The translations under genes and the position numbers were made by a program. DNA of 64,000 bases from Octopus vulgaris (taxonomy: Eukaryota). The DNA lies in assembly GCA_951406725.2 (NCBI GenBank), contig OX597822.1, positions 47,368,001 through 47,432,000 of the forward strand, written 5' to 3'. Positions 52,581-64,000 of the stretch are shown piece after piece; the stretch's first letter is position 1, and each line of letters opens with the position of its first letter. Under the pieces are notes generated by a model. It was not told where the DNA came from and searched no databases. It saw only the letters and a list, made by a program, of their open reading frames with translations.

Positions 52581-55500
52581 TGTGAAAGCTTACTATAATA
52601 TTTAGTCTAAATACAGTGTAATTTTAAGACTTCATTTTTTATGGGATTATATGGGTTAAACATCTGAATTATCTAACCTGTCCATGCTTGCAAAACTGCT
52701 TGTGGCTGTGTGGTAAGAAGTTCCCTCCCCAGCCACAGAGTTTGGGGTTGAGTCTCACTACATGGCACGTTGGGCAAGTGTCTTCTACCATAGCCTTGAG
52801 CTGACCAAAGCCTTATGAGTGGATTTGATAGATGGAAACTGAAAGAAGCCCATTTTGTGTGCATGTGTGTATATGTGTGTGTGTGTGTCTCTCTCTCTCT
52901 CTCTCTCTACCTTGACTTTGCAAGATAGTTCTAAACCAAGTGTCACCATCATTGAACCAATATCCTTCATTTATAATCTTCCTGGAAAACATGTCAGAAC
53001 ATAGGGAAAAATTATCCTTAACTTAAAAGCAGTTGAGGGTTGGGAACAGGAAGGGCATCTGGCTGTAAAAAAATCCACCTTAGCAAATTCCATCTGATCC
53101 ATGCAGGCATGAGAAAGAGGACGTTAAAACAATAAAGATGAGACACACATGCACATATGTTAATATCTATATACTAGCTGACCCCGTGCCATAAAAAATG
53201 ACAGCTAATTCTAGTATTTTATATATAAATAAGGTACGTAATAATCACACAAACATTCAGTTGCTTCCCTTGTACACACACACATACACATATACTCACA
53301 CAGAGTTGAAACGCTGTTTGATTTTTCTTTTCAGCATTGAATGTTCACCATCCCACTTCCATTGCACACACACACACACACACACATTCATATGACTCTC
53401 TTTTACATACACACACATAGACTCAAGGAGTTGAAACGCTGACTTTTTTTTTACCGTAGAACTTCCATCGCCCCACTACCAAGTTTGCCATCCCCCCTTC
53501 ATTCCTTATTCCCCGGTCCCTCCTTCATTTCTCATTCATATGTTGTGATAGAGGAATATACAAGAGTATTGTTATAGTAGATACGTATAAGGCGGCAAAC
53601 TGGCAGAATTGTTAGGAAAAATGCTTAGTGATGTTTCATCTGCCTTTATGTTCTGAGTTCAAATGATGCCAGGGTCAACTTTGCATTTCATCCTTTTGGG
53701 GTTGATAAAATAAGTACCAGTTGAGCACTGGAGTTAGTTTAATTGACATAGCTCCTTCCATCGAAATTGCCGGCCTTGTGCTGAAATTTGAATCCAATAT
53801 TTATATATACACGTGTCTAAGTGTATATACATGCATATATGTATGTTTACACGACAGAGAGACAGAAACACACACATACACACATGCACATAAAATGGGC
53901 TTCTTTCAGTTTCCATCTACCAAATCCACTCATAAGGTTTTGGTCAGCCCAAGGCTATGGTAGAAGACACTTACCTCAAAATGGCTGGCTTTGTGCCGGA
54001 ATTTGAAACCAATATTTATATATACATGTGTCTAAGTATGTGTACATCTATCTATATATACACACACACACAACCACATGTGTCTATGTGTATATACATG
54101 CATATATGTATGTCTACACATATGTCAGAGTCACAGCTGTCCAAATCAATAGGCAGTCCATCTGCCAAGTGCCATCTGTCAAAGCTTTGTATGATCCTCC
54201 AATATATGCTGGTATGGCATAGCCAAAGATATAGATCAGTTGAGCACACAGTTCTCTGATGAACTACCTATGCCAGACTTGGTGCTACATAACAATAACA
54301 ACAACAACAGCAACAACATGCACCATATGTATATGGAATGGCACGTGTCTGTGGTTCCTGACAATGTGACAGAAAGTGAAATAGAATATTTAGCCAGGGC
54401 ATAACTCTTTAGTATTCACATTAATCTGTTAAATGTATTGCTTTTTTTATGTTTTACTTGTATCAGTCATTAGACTGCAACAATGCTGGGGTACCTCCTT
54501 GATGAAATTTTAGTCAAATGAATTCGCCCCCAGTTTTTTCGTTTTTTCCACCCCCAAGCCTGGTATTTATTGTCACTCACTTTTGCCAAACTGCTAAGTT
54601 ACAGGGATGTAAACACACAAATACAGATTGTCAAACAGTGATAGAGGACAAAAACAGACACAAAGAACACACACACACTATGGGTTTCTTACAGTTTCCA
54701 TTGACCAAATCCACTCACAAGGCTTTGGTTAGCCTGAGGTTAGAGAAAACATTTGCTGAAGGTGCCACACAATGGGACTGAACCCAGAACCATGTGGCTG
54801 AGAATCGAGATTTCAATTATGTCACTGTTTATTTTTAGAATGACATTGTAAAATGTGTGAGAAGGATCTGGACATTTTGAACTTAAAAAGGTAGAATATT
54901 TGGGATGGATATGATCAGTTTAAATGCTAATGGGTTTGTCTTCATGCTTATAAATGAGGTTTTTCTCATTTGAGTTAGAGGAAAAGCAATGTCAGGATGT
55001 CTGATGGAGATAACCAGGTGTAAGGTTTGCCAAAAGAGTTGATAATCCTTGAATCAAGAGTCTAGACATGCTACCAGGATGGCTGTTAATACACAGGTAC
55101 ATGCCGGCACACACACTCATAAGCATGCACATACATACGTACATGCAACCACACATACTCATATATGTACATACACACACACACATATGCTTACACACAT
55201 ACAGAGACATACACACACTGAGACATGGGTGAAAGACTTCAAATGCTGGGTGTGATGTATAGTTAATTAGATCACCCTAGTATTTAACTAAAACCTATTT
55301 TATAGACATCACTGAGGGGAATGGAAGAAACTTGATTTTAGCAGGATTTGAACTCAGGTTAGGCCTGTCAGGGTCTCTGGGACTCATAAGGCTGGAGCTT
55401 AATCTGGTTGCCGTAGTGTATGAAATTATAACACACGTCCCTGGATGGGATGCCAGTCCATCTCAGAGTTATCGTCCCAGCTATTATTGGAATACATTCT

Positions 55501-56224
55501 ACAGCTGAGTGCCATGTCAAATGCATTACACTGCATACAACTACATATATAAACTGTTTGTTTAACAGTTTTTTCATGCATGAATTGGTCAAAGATATAT
55601 TTAAGGTTGTTTGTGTGTGTGTGTATATATATATACCCTTATCTAAACAACAAGTGAAGGTTGTCAATGTATATCATCATCATACATAAGTTGCAGGTAA
55701 GAGTTTGCATCCCAACCACATGGTTCCGAGTTCAGTCCTACTACATGGCATCATGGGCAAGTGCTTTCTTCTATAGCCACGGGCCAAGACCATAGAAGTG
55801 AGTGGATTTGGTAGACAGAAACTGAAAGAAGCCTGTTGTGTGTATATATATATCTGTGTGTGTGTGTTAGTGTTTGTCCCCTAGTACTGCTTGACAACCG
55901 GTGTTGGTGTGTTTATGTCTCTATAACTTGGCAGTTCAGCAAAGCGGATCGATAAAATAAGTACCAGGCTAGGCAAAAAAAAAAGTACTGGGATCGATTC
56001 ATTCAACTAAAAGTTTTTCAAGGCGGTGCCCCAGCATGGCCACAGTCTAATGACTGAAACAAGATATATATATATCTTGTTTCAGTCATTTGACTCCCCG
56101 TATATATATATATATATATGATCCGGTTTCTGACTGAAGATTAAAGGCTTCGAATGACCCGTCTGTTTTCTGTGTTCGTCCCTTTGTGTATTTCACGTTC
56201 TTGTTTCTTTATATATAATTTTTA

Positions 56225-56263
<39 letters not shown>

Positions 56264-56864
56264 GGGAATATACTATATGAGTCATAATTCTATAATAATA
56301 AGTCCTCGGCAAAGATGAGGAAATTACATGCAGATACAGATACCTTCATAGATATGCATACATAAATGAGTGTGTGTGTGTGAAGTATGTGTATCTATAT
56401 TAAATATTAATATTTATATAAATATTCAATTTGAGATCAGAAGGACAATGATAGACGCGAGCGCCGGCACACACACACGCACATAGATACACACAGATAC
56501 ATACACAAATGTACAGGGACACGGAAGCATACACATACATGGAAATATTGATACATATACAAAAGCACGGACACAAACACTCACACACAATCAAACATAA
56601 AAGATGAAAGCGATAGAAGTCAACGGAATCAATTAAGTTCGTGTAATATTAATAAATTCAATGGGAATTTATTTTTTAAGCCATTTTATGAACAATAGCG
56701 TTGGTTGTAGGTCTAGGCTATTCTGCTTACAATAACGTCGTTGGTCATGTTTCCAGTGGACCAACTATTGGCTCACTGTATTTACAATGGCGAGATGGAT
56801 AAGAAAACAGAAACCTGTGCAATTCGTGTGGGATATCACAAGATATATTTTTTGTTCGACATAC

Positions 56865-57000
56865 CCATTTATTGGCAATTTCTCGTCGCTATGTACATCC
56901 TTCGCCATTACACGATGAGCTTTCGCAAAATGGTGAACACGATATGAACGACGACAGACAAGTCAGCTACGAGAAGCAGAGGTCACGTAGTGACAGTAGA
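56865..57000 (-). promoter_or_regulatory. Candidate promoter and first exon of the cytochrome b561 gene
   Basis: CpG-rich unique sequence at the edge of the CpG-poor domain, with donor-like TGG|GTATGT at 56864 and the palindrome GTCACgtaGTGAC (56982-56994). Confidence 0.3.
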
Positions 57001-57113
57001 AAAGTAGAAAAGCAAAAAAAGAAAAAAAGAGGAGAAAGCAAGTTTGTGTGCCAGAAGTCAAAGCAATCGGTGAGGGACTTCAAGCCAATCAGCCTTGTGG
57101 TCTTCCTTTAGAT

Positions 57114-57353
57114 CTGTGTTTCTCAAGCATTTTTTTTATACCTGTGGACCTCTTTGTTTCTTATTTTATTCAGGTGGACCCTCTTAGCCATTCAATGTTT
57201 TAAAAAAAAATCACATTGTATTTATATAATATTAAGAATTGTATTAAAATATTTTGTGTTTTATAGAAGCATAACCAATTTATTGCATATAAACTTTAAC
57301 AAGATCTTATATGGACCTACAAAGGTCATGTGGCCCCCGGTTGAGAACTGCTG
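57114..57353. mobile_element. hAT (Charlie-like) MITE related to 10516-10778
   Basis: TIRs ctgtgtttctcaagc / ggttgagaactgctg and a perfect 8-bp TSD ctttagat. Confidence 0.8.
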
Positions 57354-58870
57354 CTTTAGATGCACCTCCAGACATGTAAGCGATAAAACATCGTGGGTTT
57401 CGCCAGAGAGGATTGACCATTGAAGAGTGAAGTCTTTTCTGGCTCTGAAGAGGAAGCAGTCAGATCCTCGTTCATAGCGAGACCTTACATTTGTGATGAC
57501 ATTGGGAGCTTCTGTTTAGCGGCGTAGCTAAGGTGTGTGAGTGTCGCCACTCCTGCTCCTCCACTCCCTAATACAGACTTATACGACAGGCCCAAAAGTG
57601 CCATCCCCCATACAAGTATCGCTATCGTCCCCACCCAGCTACGCTTCTGGTTTTAGCTCCCAATTGTCTATATTTGGAGACGGTGGTAGGTGGTGTGCTA
57701 TATTTGCGTCTTTTTGCTGTTGAAAGAGACAAGATTGTCATGACCATATTGGAGCAGGTGTATAAAGTTTCTCTTCCTGCTGTCATAACAGGCTAGACAT
57801 GATGTATCTAGGTTGTATGTGGATGATACATGGGCGTTGAAAGTCATGGAGGAGTAAAGAGTGGTATTAACTGTATGGGGAAGTAGAAGTTGGCGTAGTT
57901 GGAGGTGATGGCAAGTCGCCGTTGAAGGGAAAACCGAGCTCTGAGGTACGCAAGAGTTGGTAGAGTTGCTGAGAGAGCAAGAGAGGCTGTGCGTGTGTAT
58001 GTGAGAGGAAAAATGAGAGAGAGAGAAAAAAAAAACGAGCTCTGTCAACTCATGACGCGATGGTGTAATCTAACAGGAGCCGTTAATCTAAGTTACAAGA
58101 GACATATGGAGCTCACACAGGCGGACATATTCACGCGTCAAACATGGCCGAATGTCTGGTTGACATAAAGAGCAGTAACTACACTGTTTTCATGAAATTT
58201 TTCGTAAGCGAGTAATCCTCTGGTGAGTGATATAGAATAGTAGGTACCCAGTAGTTCTAGCTTTACGAAAATCATACAAGTTGTCGTTAAGGAGAGAAGG
58301 AGAGAGATTCACCGCTTTTGATAAGGTTTTAATCATCTTGCTGCAAGTGTACGGAGACTATAGATAGAAGGGGTTGACGGATTGGCTTTTTTATGTGAAT
58401 CAGAAACACTGCAGCCTACTGCAAAAGACGGGGGTTACACTTCTTTATCTTTCGTCCTTCTAGGTGTATCTTAGCCGAGTTATATTCCTATAGTACATCT
58501 TCAATGTGAATGGAGGTATAGAATTGTACTTGTCCGGCAGTAGACTTAATCTGAGCTCGCGTATCAAAGAAGGAGATGAGGTACAAAGCAATGACGTTGT
58601 AGAAATCTTTCTATTTCACTTACATCGAAGAGCTTTCCTGATACAATACATTAATATTTATCACAAAATATATCATGCGTATTTTTTAAATTGGTCCCAC
58701 AATTACGATTATGTAATTGTGAAAGACTCACATACCACGTCCACGCGAAGTGCGGAAACCACAGCCCTAATAATGCCCCTACAATTACCCATATTGTGCC
58801 AGGTATTCTTTTAAAAATTAACATAAGCATTACATTTGTCTATACCAATCTCACTCTGGATATATATTAA

Positions 58871-58976
58871 TATTTAGCAGAAGCAACAGAAGGGCGAAAG
58901 TTTCATCAAATTGGTTTGATAAGTGCCATGCACGAAACTTTCGGCTCTTGAGTCACTTTGCTGCTTCTGTTAAATA
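58871..58976 (+). repeat. Small fold-back element with a U3-A8 hammerhead-like motif
   Basis: Arms tatttagcagaagca / tgcttctgttaaata. Inside: ggt-TTGATAA-GTGC-cat-GCAC-GAA-ACT..AGT-C-act. Confidence 0.5.
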
Positions 58977-59108
58977 AAAGAGACCGATAGAATAAGTACT
59001 GGGTTTACAAAAGAATAAGTCCCGGGGTCGAGTTACTCGACTAAAGGCGGTGCTCCAGCATGGCCGCAGTCAAATGACTGAAACAAGTAAAAGAGTAAAA
59101 GAGTAAAA

Positions 59109-59167
<59 letters not shown>

Positions 59168-59986
59168 TGTTTTGAGTGAAATAAAGATCAGAGATGCTTT
59201 GCCTCATGCAAAAACAAGGAGCTACTGGGAGATTTTGTAAACTCTACTAAATCCATTGCATTGTTGGAAACATTTCCGTATGATCAACATAACCACAGGG
59301 TCTGAGTGGGGCAGCAAGGACTGAACTAGTCTTCGCTTGGTTCCACTTGCGGTCTCTTCCCAATCACAACCACCAATGTATCAGGAATAAATGTATTACT
59401 ATCATGTCTATGGTCTCTGGAGAGGGTTGTGATTGTGACTTCCGCAGGCTCTCCAAGGAACAAAATAACGAAGAAAACAGAGGAATTAAACAGGCGGATT
59501 TATATAATATAAATATAATGACGCCGTAAACGACAGCCGGTTGAATGGAAGCGAGGAAGACAATAGTCGAACTTTAATAAACGGAGCATATGGTCTTTTT
59601 TTAATGTAAACAGCAGCAAGCGGAGGAGGAGAAAGAAGGAGAGAGACAGAGGCGTCGGTTGTAATGGTGACTTCTCTACCATATGTTACATTAGCGGTTG
59701 TCTAAGTAGGAGTGAATATATATATATATAGCCTGTGTTGTGCGTTTATGAATGTGTATCTGTGTTTATATATTTGAATTATTGAGTGTATGACTGTGTG
59801 TGTGTGTGTCTCTCTCTCTATATATATATACACACTTTCGTCATGTATGAGTGTCTGTGAGTATGTCAGTCATGTGCGAGTCTATGTAAGGGTGTGTATC
59901 TGTCCTTGAACGTGTGTGTATATGAACGTCATGATGAAGGAGATGTGTGTGTGTATTATACGTGTGTATGTTTGTTACAAGAGGAA

Positions 59987-60301
59987 GGTACTACTTGAGA
60001 ATAGTGTTCCCGGTGCGCGCACTCGCGCAGTTGCGCATCCGCGCTAGCTAGTCACGACTAGTCGATCCTTACCCTATGTTTTTGTGTTATTTACTTTGTT
60101 TAAAAAATTATTTACTTTGTGCTTTTGTGTTTTTTTTACTTTGTTTAACAAAAATTATTTACTTGTGTAAAAAAATTATTTATTTTGTGTTTTATTTACT
60201 TTGATAGGTAGTCGTTGTAGGATCGACTAGTCACGACTAGCTAGCGCGGATGCGCGACTACGCGAGTGCGCGCACCGGGACCACTGTTCTCAAGTAGTAC
60301 C
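59987..60301. mobile_element. Mutator-like MITE with about 83-bp GC-rich TIRs
   Basis: GGTACTACTTGAGAA.. / ..TTCTCAAGTAGTACC, 9-bp TSD caagaggaa/caagaggga, AT-rich repetitive core. Confidence 0.85.
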
Positions 60302-60549
60302 CAAGAGGGATGCTAATATGAGTTTATACACGTATGAATGTATCTGAATGTGTGCGTACAGTACAGTGTTGGTATCGTGTATGTGAGCGCGAGCGTGTGT
60401 ATGGATGGTATGTGACTGTAAGTATATTTAATATGGTACCACAACTATTGTTAACGGAAGCCACAACTCTTCTGGTCGTTCTATGCAAGAAGCATTAATA
60501 CTGGTATTACTTGCATGATCTCGTGGTTTGTTATATAAGAGACTATGTC

Positions 60550-60751
60550 ATTCAGTGTAACTTTTATTAAATACTGCAGACTGTGATTTGTGAGAAGTTC
60601 AGCTGCTGTTTTTCGCAGATTGAGCGACCATATGTCAGCTCTCTTTTAAAAATTATCAATGAACATTTCTCTTTTTCCCTATCTTCCCCATTTCGCTTTA
60701 TACTTTCATATCTTTTGAGCAGAGGTCCCCAGTCCGAGTTGCCTGCTCTCT
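60550..60751 (-). other. Candidate terminal exon of a gene entering from the right edge
   Basis: Acceptor tcttgcattcccag| at 60752-53 and AATAAA (minus) at 60563-68. Sequence to the right is CpG-poor. Reading frame unknown. Confidence 0.3.
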
Positions 60752-61696
60752 CTGGGAATGCAAGATTGCATTTCAAAGGATGTAACAAAGGGAAATAGTA
60801 TAAACTTTATTAAAACCACTCTTCAGAATAAAATTATTAACTTTGAAAAAGAAAAAAGAAAAAAATTGCTCCATTAACTACTCCAAGAATTTGATTATTC
60901 CCCAGAACTATTGTTGTTTAATTTGAATAAAATGTTGAGAAAATTGATTCTTGCTTCTTTGACTGTTCTATTACTTTTGTAAAAAATAAATCAAATATTT
61001 CCTTAGGGTCTTCGACATAGATAAGGCTGGGAAGCAATATTTTAGAGCAATATTTAGAGCTGGTTGCCTTTTTGAGCAAGCTGTGGCCTGTGGGACTCTC
61101 TGAACAGCATGCCTAATTTCACAAGGAAAATAATGTTTATTAAAATTTAGTTGATTTTTTTTTAACAGTGTGGCCCACCTGTTGGTGAGCCATGTCTCAT
61201 GTGGCCCACTTCTCATAAAGGGTTGCCTATGTCTGCTTTAGAGACTGTGAGTTTTGACTTAGTTCCATGAGGTAGGACTGAACTTGGAACTATGTGGTTG
61301 AGAAGCAATCTTCTTACCATGAAACAATGCCTAAGAATTGTTATAAACTTAGAAAACATGAAACAATTTGTTTGTGAAATGGATCTTGAAGCAAATAAAG
61401 CTAAAATTAATTGCATGTAAATAATCGGTTAAAAGAAAAAATCCTTTGGACAGAAAAAAGCGAAGGATGTCACTGACTATTTCAATCAGAAGGGGTTTTG
61501 AGTCTAATATTTATAACTTTATTTGCATCAAAGTCCACCGTTCCAGTAAACAATAATTGTATCTTGTGACAGTGGACAATATTATAGAATTAGAGACAAG
61601 TTTCTGATGAGGCACGACAGGTTTGAATGAACTGGTTTCAAACCTGGATGGAGAGTGATAAAAAAAAAAAAAGGTTGACCACCACTAGGTAACGTC

Positions 61697-62015
61697 ATCA
61701 TCATCATCATCATTGTTTAATGTCCGCTTTCCACGCTGGCATGGGTTGGACGATTTGACTGAGGACTGGCGAACCAGATGGCTGCACCAGGCTCCAATCT
61801 GATCTGGCAGAGTTTCCACAGCTGGATGCCCTTCCTAACACCAACCACTCTGAGAGTGTAGTGGGTGCTTTTACATGCCACTGGCATGAGAGACAGTCAG
61901 GTGATACTGGCAATGGCCATGCTCAAATGGTGTTTTTTATGTGCCACTTGCACAGAAGCCAGTCCAGTTGCACTGGCAACAACCTTGTTTGAATGTTTTT
62001 TCACGTGCCACGGGC
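61697..62015 (-). mobile_element. (GAT)n-tailed retroposon (RTE-like 3' end). Copies at about 30040, 42660, 44210, 44730, 45900-46340 and 63613-64000
   Basis: Repeated catcatc.tttaatgtccg.tttcca.gctggcatgggttgg..ctggatgcccttcctaa. Confidence 0.75.
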
Positions 62016-62815
62016 ATTAGTAACAAACAATTTCCTACTAAAGAATTCTTTCAAAGTTTGGCCCAATGCCAGCAATCTCAAAGGGAGAGGGACAAATGAT
62101 GACATCATTCAAGGGCTTGACCAGTATTTTATTCTATCATCCCCGAAAAGGCAAAGTCTACTTTGGGTAGATTTGAACTCAGAATGTAAAGAGCTGAAAT
62201 AAATGCAGCTTTGCATTTTGGCCAATAAACTAACAACTCTAGCAGCTCATTACCTTAATTTCCTACTAATATAATAAAAAAATTGCGTGTGTGGTAAATA
62301 GCTTGCTTACCAATCACATGGTTCCGGGTTCAGTCCCACTGCATGGCATCTTGGGCAAGTGTCTTTCACTATAGCCTCAAGCTGACCAAAGATTTGGTAG
62401 ATGGAAACTGAAAGAAGCCTGTCGTATATATGTGTATATATATATATATATATACATGTATGTATGTGTATATGTTTGTGAGTGTGTGTTTGTCGCCCTA
62501 ACATCGCTTGACAACCGATGGTGGTGTGTTTACATCCCTGTAACTTAGCAGTTCAGCAAAAGAGACCTATAGAATAAGTACTAGGCTTACAAAGAATAAG
62601 TCCTGGGGGTCAATTTGTTCGACTAAAGGCAGTGCTCCAGCATGGCCACAGTTAAATGGTTGAAACAAGTAAAAGAGTAAAAGAGCATAATTAACCAAAA
62701 GCCAAACATATATAAACAACAGTGTAAAACATGTCAGGCCAAGTGAAATTGCTTGAGAGGACTCGTCCGACCAATTTGAATTGTAGTCATGGACAGTACT
62801 GGTCACATGTAAAAG

Positions 62816-62847
<32 letters not shown>

Positions 62848-64000
62848 AATGGAACAAAAATGCAATAGAAGACATTAAAACATTTGGACAGATAGATGAT
62901 ACAAAGGCGGACAAGAGAAACAACAATTAGAAGGACAGGCAAAAAAGACGGGTCGTTTGTGGCTTTCTTTCTTCAGTCAAGTCCCAAAAGTCACGACCAT
63001 TTCAGACAGTTACATTTGAAATGGTTCGATCTGGTTGCCCCCCAAAAAGTCTAAGCTAAGAGCATTAGGCCCCCTTGTAAGAAAACTAGCGAATGTGTAC
63101 AGTAAGAAAAAAAAAAAATTTTTTTTAAAAACGGAGAGCATGGTACAGAATTACAAATACAAGAAATAACAACAGGCATCTTTCAACTGAGAACAAATCA
63201 AATTGAGCTGGCTTGTACAAAGTGAAAACCTGAAGGCAGGAACATGAGAGGTATATATGCATTTATACCTTGCTACACACACACATATATATGTACACAT
63301 ACATTCACACAAACATATACATACATACATATATGCACATTATCATTACAACACTGTGTTACATTCCAGCATCATCTAGTCTACTCCCCTTTACTCAACA
63401 CACCAAAACTATTCCAACCTGTTCTTAAACAGGCTAGTTTGCCTTCAGTACACCCACCTCTGTTGCTAACTGAGTCTCCATCTCTTGGGTATTAGAAGCT
63501 ACCAACTATTACTTAAGAGCCATTTAGGCATTTGACAGAATCTAGTTTGCACGTGCTTTTGGTGCTTATGCTTCTGTACACACACACACACAAGGCTGTG
63601 GATGGTAAAGAATCATCATCATCATCATCATCATCATTTAATGTCCGTTTTCCATGCTGGCATGGGTTGGACAGTTTGACTGGGGTCTGGGAAACCAGGA
63701 GGTTGCACCAGGGTCTAGTCTGATCTGGCAGTGTTTCTACAGCTGGATGCCCTTCCTATTGCTAACCACTACAAGAGTGTAGTGGGTGCTTTTTACGTGC
63801 CACTGGCACAGAGGCTAGAGGAGGCTGGCAACTACCATGATCGGTTGGTGCTTTTTTTACGTGCCACCAGCACAGAAGCCAGTCAAGGTGGTGCTAGCAT
63901 CGGCCACACTTGGATGGATACCTTTTACGTGCCACCAGCACGGGGATCACAACAACAATTTCCATTTGATTTTGATGTACTTGATTCAATAGGTCTCCTC

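Overview
AT-rich eukaryotic genomic DNA dense in microsatellites and tRNA-derived SINEs. The repeat families look like those of an octopus (inferred, not verified). One complete host gene can be reconstructed: a 4-coding-exon, 245-aa cytochrome b561-family ferric/ascorbate reductase on the minus strand (47169-41589), with candidate 5' non-coding exons upstream. Weak evidence suggests two other minus-strand genes run off the window edges. The rest is mostly transposable-element debris: a young 5'-truncated Tx1/L1-clade LINE, CR1, RTE and R4/Dong LINE pieces, a Gypsy pol fossil, DD37D and mariner fossils, and hAT-, piggyBac- and Mutator-type MITEs. The most striking unexplained signal is at least eight minimal hammerhead-ribozyme-like motifs from sequence-unrelated families. 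Several sit in fold-back elements beside (TA)n tracts, and they include apparent G3-C8 and U3-A8 compensatory core variants. There is also a possible HDV-like ribozyme at the 5' end of an RTE-like element. All ribozyme calls are by-eye structural parses and are untested.
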